A stretch of 64,000 nt of DNA from an uncultured virus (IMG/VR IMGVR_UViG_3300037067_008746) (IMGVR_UViG_3300037067_008746), one strand, 5' to 3'; shown: positions 19,033 through 31,575, counted from the first letter of the stretch. Notes: generated by a model not told the origin, from the letters alone. Translations and numbers: made by a program.

Positions 19033-19509
19033 ATGATTAACTACGGACGAATACTACTTGAAAAAGAAAAAAACAATCCATCATCTTTTTTACGAGCGAC
19101 TTACTTGATATCAAACGTGGGACAAGCAGTGATGTGTTTTGGGAGGTCAACACGATTCCCAGATTGCGCGGATGGATATCTAGCAGAAATGAAATGTGCT
19201 CTAGGAGATGTATTCATGCAATGTATGATGATGATGGAAGAAAACTATGTTATGAAAATAAAAATAGCGAACATGGATACAAATGATAAAAACGGAATAT
19301 GGACCGTATTAGGAGAACTCGAAAATATCGTAATTCATGCAGGAAAAACAATAACACAAATTGACATGGTAACAAACACAACACAAATCTACATATCATG
19401 TTACATGATATGTTACATGATGGGATGGGAACCGGAAGATATTAAACACATGGGATTCTTACACACATTAGAAAGATTCGAAGACTTTGCAAAAGCAGGG
19501 TGGAAATGA
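19033..19509 (+). CDS. MazG-like all-alpha NTP pyrophosphatase (divergent)
   Basis: AEMKCALGDVFMQC motif; adjacent to TS. Confidence 0.55.
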   Translation: MINYGRILLEKEKNNPSSFLRATYLISNVGQAVMCFGRSTRFPDCADGYLAEMKCALGDVFMQCMMMMEENYVMKIKIANMDTNDKNGIWTVLGELENIVIHAGKTITQIDMVTNTTQIYISCYMICYMMGWEPEDIKHMGFLHTLERFEDFAKAGWK

Positions 19510-19510
19510 C

Positions 19511-20347
19511 ATGAAAATACTGAGATGGGTAATGACATTGTTTCTAATATGTGGTATGGCAAGTGCCATATACATGATATCGCCGGATGCAACCAAAGAC
19601 ATAAGCACATCAAACACAGGAAATCTAAAATATAAAGACATTGTAATTTTAACGACGGATGAGGCAAAGAGCCTGGAAAAAAACAACATGGGTATGGACA
19701 TATCGATAGACACTCCGAACGGGCCACGAAACTTGAATATAGCAAAACAAAACAAACTAATAAAAGTAACCAAACCAATAACAACACGAGCAACAACACA
19801 ACTATATGTAATAAACGGAAAACGATGGAACACATATAATCCACAGCTCAAATTTGTGTTGAGAAACGACGCAGAAATGACAAAGAAAGGATTAATAGCA
19901 TCGAATGTAATGCGTGAAATAAAAACTGCGTTGAACACCTGGGATGATGCATCGAAACAAAACCTATTCTTGGATAGTAACACAGTAACAACAAATCCAA
20001 CAATACAAGCAGATGTGTATAACAAAGTGAACACACTAAGTTGGAAACTTTTTACAAATTCGTGCATTGCATATTCGAGGACATGGTACAAGAACACATT
20101 AATCGACGGGTACAAAACGGCGGTTGACTCAGACATCGTATTCAACACAAAGTATCCATGGAGAACAGAAGGAACAGTTGGAGCAGATATTCAAACAATA
20201 GCACTACATGAGATAGGACACTCATTAGGACTGGGAGATTTATACTCAAGTGATGCATCGAAACAAGCAATGTATGGATATTACACGAAAGTATGGAGAA
20301 CACTGGGAAACGGCGACAAGATGGGAATAAACATACTATATGGATAA
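19511..20347 (+). CDS. Secreted matrixin (M10-like) metalloprotease
   Basis: Signal peptide; SDIVFN, HEIGHSLGLGD, Met-turn AMYG. Confidence 0.88.
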   Translation: MKILRWVMTLFLICGMASAIYMISPDATKDISTSNTGNLKYKDIVILTTDEAKSLEKNNMGMDISIDTPNGPRNLNIAKQNKLIKVTKPITTRATTQLYVINGKRWNTYNPQLKFVLRNDAEMTKKGLIASNVMREIKTALNTWDDASKQNLFLDSNTVTTNPTIQADVYNKVNTLSWKLFTNSCIAYSRTWYKNTLIDGYKTAVDSDIVFNTKYPWRTEGTVGADIQTIALHEIGHSLGLGDLYSSDASKQAMYGYYTKVWRTLGNGDKMGINILYG

Positions 20348-20353
20348 ATACAC

Positions 20354-20379
20354 ATTGCCGCGCCGATTGGCGCGGCAAT
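20354..20379. terminator. GC hairpin between convergent genes
   Basis: attgccgcgcc-gatt-ggcgcggcaat. Confidence 0.7.
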
Positions 20380-20424
20380 TCCCTATGCCTTCCGCACGAG
20401 GGGCGGGGGGTTATCTTCTACCAT

Positions 20425-20943
20425 TCATTGAATGGGTGGAAAAAGTGACCATTGGGACCACCTGGCAAAACAATCAATGAGATATAACCACGCAGACGCA
20501 ACAATAATAAAACCAGTAGCACCCTTTTTATGTGACCACAACCAATTGGCACTACACCACGAAAACTCGAATATAACCAATTTGGAATTAATTTTTTGGA
20601 TCTCTTTCAAAATCTTCTCATCGCTTTCACGATAATCTCTCTCGGCCTGCGCCAGGTCAGGACCAGTAGCAACAGTCGGGAGCTGGACTTCAATCGACTT
20701 AAGCCTGGTGAAAACGTCAGAGAACTTGTTATTGACATCATGTTGACACGTTGACCGAAGATTAGCACACTTGTCCCAACCAACCATCTTAATAAGAAGC
20801 TCTTTGTAGCTTTCATTTATGTCGGTAACTTGCCTTTCAATCGACTTGAAAAGCATAACGACATTGTTATCTTCGAAAGACGGGGGCAGTTGTTGATGAG
20901 ATGTCATTATCTCACGGATTACATCAGAATCATCACCGGGCAT
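20425..20943 (-). CDS. Coiled-coil protein with C-terminal TM segment
   Basis: ATG 20943 ~25 nt from a TATA; hydrophobic C-terminus. Confidence 0.65.
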   Translation of the reverse strand: MPGDDSDVIREIMTSHQQLPPSFEDNNVVMLFKSIERQVTDINESYKELLIKMVGWDKCANLRSTCQHDVNNKFSDVFTRLKSIEVQLPTVATGPDLAQAERDYRESDEKILKEIQKINSKLVIFEFSWCSANWLWSHKKGATGFIIVASAWLYLIDCFARWSQWSLFPPIQ

Positions 20944-21055
20944 AATATGTGATATAAGACGGAGCATTTAAGGATTGTCAAAAAACACAGTCGAAGCAAC
21001 ATTGCTCGAAGAAAACAATAACATTTTTATACGATGTAAACAAAAAGGACATAAC

Positions 21056-21214
21056 ATGACAAATGAATACAAAATGGTAAGACTGGATAAATCGGTGTAC
21101 GACAGAGTGAGACAATTTGGTGTAGCGGGAGAATCGATATCAGACGCAATAGACAACGTAACGACGATGGCAGAACGAAGCCGATTATTGGAAAAACCGA
21201 ACAACACAACTTGA
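21056..21214 (+). CDS. Ribbon-helix-helix DNA-binding protein
   Basis: KMVRLDKSVYDRV...GESISDAI; TATA ttttata near 21025. Confidence 0.7.
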   Translation: MTNEYKMVRLDKSVYDRVRQFGVAGESISDAIDNVTTMAERSRLLEKPNNTT

Positions 21215-21231
21215 TTAATGAGGGATGACCA

Positions 21232-22053
21232 ATGTTACAACTTCCATCATACATACAGTTCGAAACAAACACAGTTTGTCCGAATAGATGCACGTTTTGT
21301 CCGCATGACAGAATGGAAGGACGCGCGATAGCAACGAACGAATTAATAGACAAAATCATCGACCAATTAATACCAACCACAAAAACATGTTGCCCATTTC
21401 TAATGCAAGAACCTATGCACGAGCATAGGTTGAGAGAGATACTGATGAAAATAAAGAGAAAGAACTGGAAATGCCAAACGGTGATATATACGACACTAGG
21501 AAAATGTGACATGACAATGATGAAAGGAATCATCGACGACATGACTCTGGATCACATGATGATATCACAGTATGGAAGTGAATGGCAGCCAGGACTAGAT
21601 ATAGAGCAAGCGGAGCACGATTTAAACGAACTGGTTTCATACAGGAGATCACAATGCAAAACGAAACCAGTGATAACAATGCAGTGCATAGATGAATTAG
21701 GAGTATATATAGACATATTACGGAAATCCAAATCACTTGCTGATGGAATCAGCATCGTGCCATATGACACATTCCATGGCGATAAACCATTGGACACACG
21801 AATAAAAGGACCAGTGAAAGAGCGAAAACCATGTTCGCGACTATGGAACACGTTTAACATCCACTCAGACGGAAATGTTGTGCCGTGTTGTTTGGATTAC
21901 AATGAAAAAATGATCATGGGAAATATGAACATGGACGACGCAAAAGACATATGGAACTCGCCAAAGTTCGCAGAACTTAGGCAGATGCATGTGGACGGCA
22001 GGTTCGATGAAATAGATCTATGTAGAAATTGCATGGTGTGGGAGTGGCAGTAA
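21232..22053 (+). CDS. Radical SAM protein with SPASM/Twitch domain
   Basis: CPNRCTFC; CSRLW, DGNVVPCCLD, CRNC. Confidence 0.92.
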   Translation: MLQLPSYIQFETNTVCPNRCTFCPHDRMEGRAIATNELIDKIIDQLIPTTKTCCPFLMQEPMHEHRLREILMKIKRKNWKCQTVIYTTLGKCDMTMMKGIIDDMTLDHMMISQYGSEWQPGLDIEQAEHDLNELVSYRRSQCKTKPVITMQCIDELGVYIDILRKSKSLADGISIVPYDTFHGDKPLDTRIKGPVKERKPCSRLWNTFNIHSDGNVVPCCLDYNEKMIMGNMNMDDAKDIWNSPKFAELRQMHVDGRFDEIDLCRNCMVWEWQ

Positions 22054-23111
22054 TGAAAATTTGCCTGGCGATGATAGTAAAGAACGAATCGCATGTAATC
22101 GAGAGATGTTTAACAGCCGCAGCGCCATTTATAGACACATGGTGCATAGCAGACACCGGGTCATCAGATGACACAGTGGACAAAATAAAAGAAACAATGA
22201 GAAAATTAGAAAAAAAAGGAGTATTGCTGTTTCATACGTGGGCAGACTTCGGAACAAACCGAACAAAAGTGTTTGATTACGTAAGAAAACATAAAATGGC
22301 CGATTACATGTTAGTACTGGATGCGGACGATGTGATTGAAGGGACGATGCCAACCATAGACGAAACGGTAGGTGAAATGGAGATACAGTCAGAAGGAATA
22401 TCGTTCAGACAAAGACGATTGTTCAAAGTAGGGCCGAAATGGAAATATGAAGGAAAATTACACGAATATCCAACAGTAGATGGAATAACATCAACAACGA
22501 TATTAAGTGACATCAAAATCAAGCACATGGCGGACGGAGGAAGCTGGAAAAATCAAAGAAAAAAGTACGATGAACATGTGGAAATAGCACTATCACAAGA
22601 CTTGTCGGTGCCAAGAAATCAATTCTATCTGGCACAATCGCTTCGCGCGGCATCGAGGTTCCACGAAGCTATAATAGAATATAAAAAACGAATCGAGATG
22701 AAAGATGGTTGGTATCAAGAAGCAGTATACTCACAACTGATGATAGCCAGACTGGAACACACATTAGGAGAATTGAAACTAGCAGTGTTAGACTATATGA
22801 AATGCTATGAAATGGACTCGGAGAGATGGGAAGCACTATCAGAATTGGTAGGATTGCTACGAAAAACGGGAAATTTTCATTTGGGATACCTGTTCGGAAA
22901 AGAAATAATGAAAATGAATGAACATATCCAGGGAAAATTGTTCTTGGAGAGTTACGAGAATGCGAACACGATACTCGAATATGGACTGTGTGCATATTAC
23001 AGCGGAAATAAGAAAATAGCTAAAACAGCGTGGACACGAGCACTGCGAATGAAAAACGCACAGGAAAACGTAAAAAAAACATTGAAAGAGAACATGAAAT
23101 GGGTAAACTAA
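22053..23111 (+). CDS. GT2 glycosyltransferase with TPR repeats
   Basis: MIVKNE, DTGSSD, DFGTNRT, LDADD, LHE; TPR helices. Confidence 0.92.
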   Translation: MKICLAMIVKNESHVIERCLTAAAPFIDTWCIADTGSSDDTVDKIKETMRKLEKKGVLLFHTWADFGTNRTKVFDYVRKHKMADYMLVLDADDVIEGTMPTIDETVGEMEIQSEGISFRQRRLFKVGPKWKYEGKLHEYPTVDGITSTTILSDIKIKHMADGGSWKNQRKKYDEHVEIALSQDLSVPRNQFYLAQSLRAASRFHEAIIEYKKRIEMKDGWYQEAVYSQLMIARLEHTLGELKLAVLDYMKCYEMDSERWEALSELVGLLRKTGNFHLGYLFGKEIMKMNEHIQGKLFLESYENANTILEYGLCAYYSGNKKIAKTAWTRALRMKNAQENVKKTLKENMKWVN

Positions 23112-23118
23112 ACCCATT

Positions 23119-23666
23119 TCAAACCATTTCTTGCAATTCGATACGACGAATACCGAGTAAATTCACATTACCAAAATTGTCGGCGAACTTGAACGCATAA
23201 TACCTGTACGCGCCAGACGGAGTAACATAAATATAATGTGGATCAGCCTGATCGGCATCAACATGTTCTGTAAGAACAGATACATCAGTAGTGAGTTGTG
23301 TCCAGTCAGTGTCAGTTGCATACGTAAGCTCGGCAAACGCGACAGCAACATTGGACCCCCAAAAGGTGAAATTTTCCGGCCCACGATTGGTGTAATTACC
23401 ACTTGTATGATAATTTTCATAATAAACGCGATATATCAACTTGGGTGAACCGAGATCGATATGAAACCGCTGGTTTGTAACGACATTATATGTAGACAGC
23501 CATTCTTTATCACCAGCAGATCCAGTGACAGACAACGACGGATTGCACGCGAGATGTGGATACTGATCTCCATCAGTGGTGGTGGCCTTAACATATGTAG
23601 ACGAATAAGCCGGTGGATATACCGATTGATAAACACCACGCATACCACCAATTCGTCGGACAATCA

Positions 23667-23667
<1 letters not shown>
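23119..23667 (-). CDS. Discoidin/F5-8C-like beta-sandwich virion protein
   Basis: FHIDLG, FTFWGSN, YRYYAF, IELQE. Confidence 0.7.
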
Positions 23668-24960
<1,293 letters not shown>

Positions 24961-24983
24961 TGACTACTTAAAAGTAATCTCGA

Positions 24984-26483
24984 ATGCCAATCCCAATCGA
25001 TCCAGGAAACGCACATCCATCGATGATACAAGAGTACGATGGATTCGACGTAACAACAGTGGACAGTAATCGATGGGAAGCGAAAGTAGAAGTCGGATCA
25101 ACGACAATCGCACAATCCGCAGGGCAATTGGTATTCACAAATGCCGGGGCGGGAACACTCGGTGTATCATACCTAGAATCAAAACGGAAGTTCGGTAAAA
25201 TTTGGAGAATATCAACAGACTTATTGATTGATGATTTCACAGGATCAATCGGAGAAGCGTGTTTATGTCTATACAAGGATGCATCGAACTGGATAAAACT
25301 AGGACCATATAAGAGCGCGACCATCGATTGTAATTGCCTATTAAGATACAAACAGAGTGGATCAGAAACGTCAGTGGAATTAACAGGAGATGCGCTGAAC
25401 ACAACAACGAAATCAACATACACAATATGCATACTGAATGATATAATGATATTGTATTACAATGGAGCACTACTAACATCATTGCCGTTTGGTGGATTAG
25501 TAAATTACACAATAAGAATAATGGCCGGGACAGGAGCAAACACCGACACGATTACAGCAAAAGCAAATGATTATGAAATAATAAACCATGTTGACACGTT
25601 GACAATGACAATAGCACAGATAGTAAGAGACATAAAAGCATCAGTGGCAACACTAAAAATCGAGCCAACTGTTACAGATATAAGCGGAAACATAACATTA
25701 ACAGACACGACAGAACAATTTGTATCATTTGCGCAATCGACATATGGAAATAAGTACAAAGTAAACATGTTTGCAGACCTGGAAGGAGCAGACATGGATT
25801 ATTGTTATTTATATAAATCGACAGGCCCAGTATGGACAGATCAAACCAGGATGGCAAACAGTCTACAATCAAACAGCATTCTGCTGGTGCCAGCGACAGG
25901 GAAAGTTGCCGGAGATTGTATCTATTTCGGGAGCAGTGTCATTTTTCACCGACTTGATGTGTATATGGAAGAAGGAATAAGCAACATAGATAACGTGTTT
26001 GAATGGGAAGGATGGACGGGAGCAGCATGGGTATCACTGACAGAAACAGATGGGACGGATAACGGAGAAGCATTTGGAAAATCTGGAAAAATAACCTGGA
26101 CGGAAGACCTGGCGGAAGTTGCAGTAAACGGAACAGTCGCTTATTGGATAAGAGCACGACTGACGACAGCAGGGGCAGCTACAAACAATCCGAAAGCAAC
26201 CCATGTCCAAACATCGAACGATGGTGAAACAGGTTTCGACTCAGTGGCTGAATTTGTAAGCAATTTGATAGTGAGCATATATAGGAAACGCGGAGATGGA
26301 AATTATGCAGAGCTGCCAGCAGACATCGCATTGCCGTTTACACAATGCATCTTATACAGAAACGTGGAATTATCGGATCTACCAGCATGGACGGACATAA
26401 AAATAGGTTTCCGATTATCGACGACACCAACAGCAAACGCCGTGATACCGTATACTGGATACGTTGAAACAGTTGAAACCTAA
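24984..26483 (+). CDS. Beta-rich virion/receptor-binding protein (LamG-like N-terminus)
   Basis: Thr/Gly-rich beta strands, WEGWTGAAW, YWIRAR. Confidence 0.7.
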   Translation: MPIPIDPGNAHPSMIQEYDGFDVTTVDSNRWEAKVEVGSTTIAQSAGQLVFTNAGAGTLGVSYLESKRKFGKIWRISTDLLIDDFTGSIGEACLCLYKDASNWIKLGPYKSATIDCNCLLRYKQSGSETSVELTGDALNTTTKSTYTICILNDIMILYYNGALLTSLPFGGLVNYTIRIMAGTGANTDTITAKANDYEIINHVDTLTMTIAQIVRDIKASVATLKIEPTVTDISGNITLTDTTEQFVSFAQSTYGNKYKVNMFADLEGADMDYCYLYKSTGPVWTDQTRMANSLQSNSILLVPATGKVAGDCIYFGSSVIFHRLDVYMEEGISNIDNVFEWEGWTGAAWVSLTETDGTDNGEAFGKSGKITWTEDLAEVAVNGTVAYWIRARLTTAGAATNNPKATHVQTSNDGETGFDSVAEFVSNLIVSIYRKRGDGNYAELPADIALPFTQCILYRNVELSDLPAWTDIKIGFRLSTTPTANAVIPYTGYVETVET

Positions 26484-26583
26484 GCACGACGAATTGTAAT
26501 TGATTCAAGCGGAGAAGGTATGGGCGGGACATCATGATGATCAGTGACATGAATAAGTCTCGCGCCGGTGTCAATTGAATTAT

Positions 26584-29400
26584 TTATACCAGATATTTCC
26601 CCCAGTTTTGGACATGGTGACTTCGACATATGTGACCTCTCTGAGATATACTGAAAGACTCTTTCTTCAAGATACTTTCGGCAGAGATCGCACCGGGATT
26701 GAATTCACCTTCGCCGCCACCACCCTGACCAACTGAGCCAACATCACCAACTAATGCGTCAGGCGACGAGTAAAACTTCAAATCTGCGGTATCCTTAGAC
26801 GCGCCTCTTATATTGTAAAGATACAAAAATGATAGACCGGAAGTGACGAGATTGTGATAAACACTATCTACCAACGGGAACGAGTGCCAGAACACAGTAG
26901 GGTAAAGAATCTCGTTGTCATCATCGGGGAAAAGATCAACCGCGTCTTCAGTGAGAGCAGGAACAATCGTACCAGCAGACGTGCGATATCGATAAACGGG
27001 ATGATATACTGATGCATGTGCTCCATATCCTTTACCAGACCAGGTGAACACGACATTGCCCTTATTATCGAGGTAAATCTGGCCGGGAAATTGATTATAT
27101 CCGTCGACGGCCATGTTAGGAGATAGATTGGTGGCATCACTCCACGTAGATGTGGAAGAGACACGTTTGCGATACATAACTTCCTTTATTGCAGTCAGCG
27201 CATCAGTCCACTTAGCATAGAGAAGGAACACGTTACAATCCTTATCAGTAATGATGTTGGATGGAAAACCGACATATGAAGAAGTATCAACGTCTTCTAC
27301 CGAACCCCAAGACCCGGACGCGCGCTTACAGTATTGAACAGACTGAACAGAATCAGCATTGAACCACGCTGCATGAACATCACCATTAACATCAATATCC
27401 ATTGAAGGATAAAGCATATGATTATCAGACGTGGTGAGATCTTCACGGGAACCGAGCACACCAGAAGTCATTTTCTTGTAACAAATACGAGCTTTACCGA
27501 GAGATGTATTCAGTCCCTGGGCAGACCACAGAAAATGAACATTATCAGAGCCATCAACAAGACACGACCCTTCAAACGATGGATATAATGTTTTAACCTG
27601 ACTGATGTTGACAGGAGAAGACATTACTCCAACTGGGGAAATGTATCGATAAAATAAATCACTGCCAAACACAGTGAGATCAGAAATCGACTGATCGACA
27701 CGATATATATACGGAAGAACGGATGATACGTAACCATTAGACAATCCAAACTCACAAGAAACTTCATGTCCATGATTCGAAACAGACATACTATACATAC
27801 AACCAGGAGTACTTAGTGTGGTAGCACCAACGGAAGAACTTGCGCCGATTGTGGTAAATTCGGCATCGGGGTGGAGATGTTCAAACGATCCACCAAGATC
27901 AGAATATGCAAGACCACCAACAAAGTATTTTAGATTAAGAGATTCACCGACTTGTGATAAACTAGTAAGATTGGAAAGAGAAGGAATACCACCGACCATG
28001 AGAAGAGAATCAACAGCAATTGAATACAGCGGAGAATCTACAAGTCCGAGCACAATATGGTACGATGGAATAGAATTATTAACATAATCCGTGTATGAGG
28101 TGCCAATATGTGTATGACCACATTCAGCCGGGGTTCCAGATCCCTCCATCACCTTAACACAACTCCGCGAACCAGATAACTCGTAATTGATAGGATGACG
28201 ATGTTGAGTAGCACCGACAATGGAACCAACGTCATCAGAACAATATACACAATAACCATCTTGAGCGGAATATCGAGTGTAACCAGATGGAACCGAAGAG
28301 ACAAACGGAATAATAACATTGGTAGGAAGACAATGCGGGATGCCACTATACCGAATTAGTTTAAGGGATCTACTAAGAGGTATATTATTAGCACCGCCAC
28401 ATTCGATGACACCAGATGTATGATGCCATGAACAATACGATGCATTAACCTCACTAGCACATGCATTATAGTCATGACAATTACTGGGATCACCACCAGA
28501 TGTAGTAGTGCCATGATCATGTTCATAATACGTGTCGGGATCATCAGACAACGTGGGATGATACGAACCTTCGCCACCACCAAGTAATCGATGATATGCA
28601 ATACCACCAGCGCCAGAAACAAGATCAAATCCATCTGGAATAGCATCACCAGCATACAACCAATAACTGTTAAAATCGACTGTATCCAAACGAGTGTATG
28701 TGATGTGAATACCATTCGAACGATCACATGTTATCGAAGGCATGTAATAGTGACATCCATCATCATTATCGACGATTGTGGCAACCCATTGTTCACCGCC
28801 ATTAACACTAACAAAATAAATAACTCGATTAATACCAGAAATCAAATATGATGTGACCGCATGTAAAACACCATCAGACGTTTTAATGATGTGGCGAGAC
28901 GACACAGGAAACAACATTGCTTGTGCGGGCAGCGTGGACGACCCAACACCAGAAAAAATAACAAGATCAGCCGCGATAACGACATCACACGATGCAAGGT
29001 CAGTGACGACATTCTTATGCCAATCATCATCAAGATTACTATTGATGATATCAGGGAGGCCAACAACCGCGCCAATATCATGAACAAACGGAGCATCGCC
29101 GACAGTAACCTGTTGCGATCCACCGGGAAGAATAGACGTTTTGTGATAAATTTCAGCAGACGACAGACCAGTTCCATACTTGGAATACCATAATGGAACA
29201 GATTCACTGTTGAGATCAACTGCACGCATGTCAACGGGCACAGGCTTGGACGAAACGAGAGCAGGATCAATGGCAGTCCTATAATTGATTACAGGGCTGC
29301 TGCCGGGATTGCTAAACTGAATAACCGTGATGTCGCGGCTTTCAGCAAGGGACTGCGCGGATTTGGTCTGGACGTGTGCCTGATCTGTCATTGGATACAA
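26584..29400 (-). CDS. Large fibre/spike protein: beta-propeller with inserted His/Cys-rich fibre segment
   Basis: SVNGGEQW Asp-box, repeated D..GNVH motifs, HxH fibre motifs. Confidence 0.8.
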   Translation of the reverse strand: MYPMTDQAHVQTKSAQSLAESRDITVIQFSNPGSSPVINYRTAIDPALVSSKPVPVDMRAVDLNSESVPLWYSKYGTGLSSAEIYHKTSILPGGSQQVTVGDAPFVHDIGAVVGLPDIINSNLDDDWHKNVVTDLASCDVVIAADLVIFSGVGSSTLPAQAMLFPVSSRHIIKTSDGVLHAVTSYLISGINRVIYFVSVNGGEQWVATIVDNDDGCHYYMPSITCDRSNGIHITYTRLDTVDFNSYWLYAGDAIPDGFDLVSGAGGIAYHRLLGGGEGSYHPTLSDDPDTYYEHDHGTTTSGGDPSNCHDYNACASEVNASYCSWHHTSGVIECGGANNIPLSRSLKLIRYSGIPHCLPTNVIIPFVSSVPSGYTRYSAQDGYCVYCSDDVGSIVGATQHRHPINYELSGSRSCVKVMEGSGTPAECGHTHIGTSYTDYVNNSIPSYHIVLGLVDSPLYSIAVDSLLMVGGIPSLSNLTSLSQVGESLNLKYFVGGLAYSDLGGSFEHLHPDAEFTTIGASSSVGATTLSTPGCMYSMSVSNHGHEVSCEFGLSNGYVSSVLPYIYRVDQSISDLTVFGSDLFYRYISPVGVMSSPVNISQVKTLYPSFEGSCLVDGSDNVHFLWSAQGLNTSLGKARICYKKMTSGVLGSREDLTTSDNHMLYPSMDIDVNGDVHAAWFNADSVQSVQYCKRASGSWGSVEDVDTSSYVGFPSNIITDKDCNVFLLYAKWTDALTAIKEVMYRKRVSSTSTWSDATNLSPNMAVDGYNQFPGQIYLDNKGNVVFTWSGKGYGAHASVYHPVYRYRTSAGTIVPALTEDAVDLFPDDDNEILYPTVFWHSFPLVDSVYHNLVTSGLSFLYLYNIRGASKDTADLKFYSSPDALVGDVGSVGQGGGGEGEFNPGAISAESILKKESFSISQRGHICRSHHVQNWGKYLV

Positions 29401-29460
29401 ATGGTACGAGAAAGAAGATAAGCTTACCGAGCATATTAGTGGCAGGAAACGGTGAATATA

Positions 29461-30465
29461 ATGAATAAATATGTGATGATATGGGGGCTGTTGATGACAC
29501 TGATATCAACAGCATCAGGGATAGGAGTATCGATATCAGGAGACGCGGGAACAGTATCGGAGAGAATAACAAATTTAGACATTGAAGACAGCTTAACTAG
29601 CTCGGTCGAGCTGTACGACGACCAGATAATATCAGATACAAAAATCTACGGAAACACGGAAGTAGAGATCTCAACAACAGGGGGAGATAAAAGTTTCGCA
29701 GCGGGGATAATGGCGGAAGACATAGAATTTAGCCAGACGGCGACCTCGGATGGCGTCGGGGGAGACATCAGCGCAGCGGGGAACACTCTGTTTTCAAGTA
29801 GTGATATAGGATATTTGAGCGACAATCCCGACCTGGCAATGTCAATCGATGGCCTGACTGCTGGTGGAAAGACAATGAGCGTAGTAGGAGGAGCATACCC
29901 GGCAGACGGAAGCTATGACCCATCATCTCCCTGGTACATAGACCCGGCGAGGACATTCAAGTTCAGGACAATGGCCGCGAACTGGGAAACCTTCAATGAT
30001 ATTTACACAGGCGCAGAAACGGGGCACGCAGATCTAAGGAAACTGCGGACAGCGATAACAAATGCAGGAAATGAAATAAACACCGCAACGGGAAAACCGA
30101 TATTTGACGGCGTGGAAACGGGCCGGGTAGGAATATTCATCAACGATGGTGTGAACTCCGTCATGTTCGCACCGAACCAATTCATGCCGTCATACACAGC
30201 ATATACACGGACAGTTTACTATACGTCAAGTAGAAAGGCAATAGATATCGACATAGCATTAAACGAAAGGTACACGAATGTTTGGAATTGGCAACCAGGA
30301 GTTGACTTTTGCCTACTGCACGAAATGATGCATGCTGCCGGTATGGAGCACAATTACTACAGTGCAACATCCGTGATGAACCCAACGAACGGTAATGTTC
30401 GTCACTTGAGCGGAGATGACAAAACCTTCGTCAAGGCAAAATATAGTGACGTTCCAGCCAGTTAA
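29461..30465 (+). CDS. Secreted matrixin-like metalloprotease
   Basis: Signal peptide; HEMMHAAGMEH, SVMNP Met-turn, LSGDD. Confidence 0.88.
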   Translation: MNKYVMIWGLLMTLISTASGIGVSISGDAGTVSERITNLDIEDSLTSSVELYDDQIISDTKIYGNTEVEISTTGGDKSFAAGIMAEDIEFSQTATSDGVGGDISAAGNTLFSSSDIGYLSDNPDLAMSIDGLTAGGKTMSVVGGAYPADGSYDPSSPWYIDPARTFKFRTMAANWETFNDIYTGAETGHADLRKLRTAITNAGNEINTATGKPIFDGVETGRVGIFINDGVNSVMFAPNQFMPSYTAYTRTVYYTSSRKAIDIDIALNERYTNVWNWQPGVDFCLLHEMMHAAGMEHNYYSATSVMNPTNGNVRHLSGDDKTFVKAKYSDVPAS

Positions 30466-30474
30466 ACAAGAGGA

Positions 30475-30544
30475 GACAAAGGAATTTTCCGCACGAGGGG
30501 AGGGAGATCGAGCAAAATTCCTTTGTCATCGCTCGCGATGACAA
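30475..30544. terminator. Overlapping inverted repeats between convergent genes
   Basis: gacaaaggaatttt/aaaattcctttgtc (14 bp) and ttgtcatcgc/gcgatgacaa (10 bp). Confidence 0.7.
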
Positions 30545-30601
30545 TGTGATTGACGTGACCGGCAGAACGGGAATTAATCTTTTTTGTTATCTCAGTAGTT
30601 T

Positions 30602-31573
30602 TCATGCATATCTCCCAACGAAAGACGGACCCCTATAGTGAGGCGACGAAAGAGGAGCATAATCATAATTGTAATAACAAGCAACAGGAAACTCTGCAAT
30701 ACCATCGTGGTCATTGTCTTGATACCAACCGGAATATCCATAGAAATTGTTAATTATGGTGATACCTGACACCTGTTGATCAGTGTTCATATCACAGACA
30801 TCAACAGATGCATTGGCATAGAATTGATTGCCAAAGATACTATGAAGCGCATTGGCGTTAACTTCACAATAAATGCCGTTGTAACACGAATCAAATATGT
30901 TTTTCTCAATCACGCATCGTTGTGCATTATTAAGGTTAATGCCTTGACCAGCGACACCTACGGTGCCAAAATTCTGAAAGAAATTATCATGGATATTGCC
31001 ATCAACACTGTCACTCAATGTGCCATCAACTCGAACACCTATTGTATTCAAACCATATTTGCCATTGAGATGATTATGATGGAAATCGACGTTATCACAG
31101 TCATCGAGTAAGACGCCAGTACACTGAGTAGATCCATCTGAATTGACCTCGATGTAAGTATCATGGATTTTCTGGCCTGGTCCCGTCAATTGCAGTGCAT
31201 TGGCATTAGTACTGACAAGGGCCAGGCCCTCGGCCTCAAAATAGCCAACTTGGACATCAAGTGGAACTCCGGTGAGGGGAGCAATTTCGACGCGATCAAG
31301 GCCCGCCTGGACGACTCCATGGAGGATCACGTTCTCTTCAGTAATGACAACATTCTCGGCATAAGTGCCAGACTTTATCCAAATCTCCATCCATGGTTCG
31401 AGGATGGCAATAGCACCGGCGATAGTTTTCTTGGGACGGGACCAATTATAGCCGTCGTTTTTGTCATCACTAGCAGCGTGATTCTGGTCAACGTATATCG
31501 ACGTAGACCCGCCCTTGGAGAAATTGAGGGTAGCACTCTGATTTCTGAAGGAAGAAACGCCTTTCATCGGCAT
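30602..31573 (-). CDS. Right-handed beta-helix (pectin-lyase/NosD-like) spike protein
   Basis: IYVD...DG..W..PKKTI..AI, GTYAENV, Asn-ladder repeats. Confidence 0.85.
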   Translation of the reverse strand: MPMKGVSSFRNQSATLNFSKGGSTSIYVDQNHAASDDKNDGYNWSRPKKTIAGAIAILEPWMEIWIKSGTYAENVVITEENVILHGVVQAGLDRVEIAPLTGVPLDVQVGYFEAEGLALVSTNANALQLTGPGQKIHDTYIEVNSDGSTQCTGVLLDDCDNVDFHHNHLNGKYGLNTIGVRVDGTLSDSVDGNIHDNFFQNFGTVGVAGQGINLNNAQRCVIEKNIFDSCYNGIYCEVNANALHSIFGNQFYANASVDVCDMNTDQQVSGITIINNFYGYSGWYQDNDHDGIAEFPVACYYNYDYAPLSSPHYRGPSFVGRYA

Positions 31574-31575
31574 CT

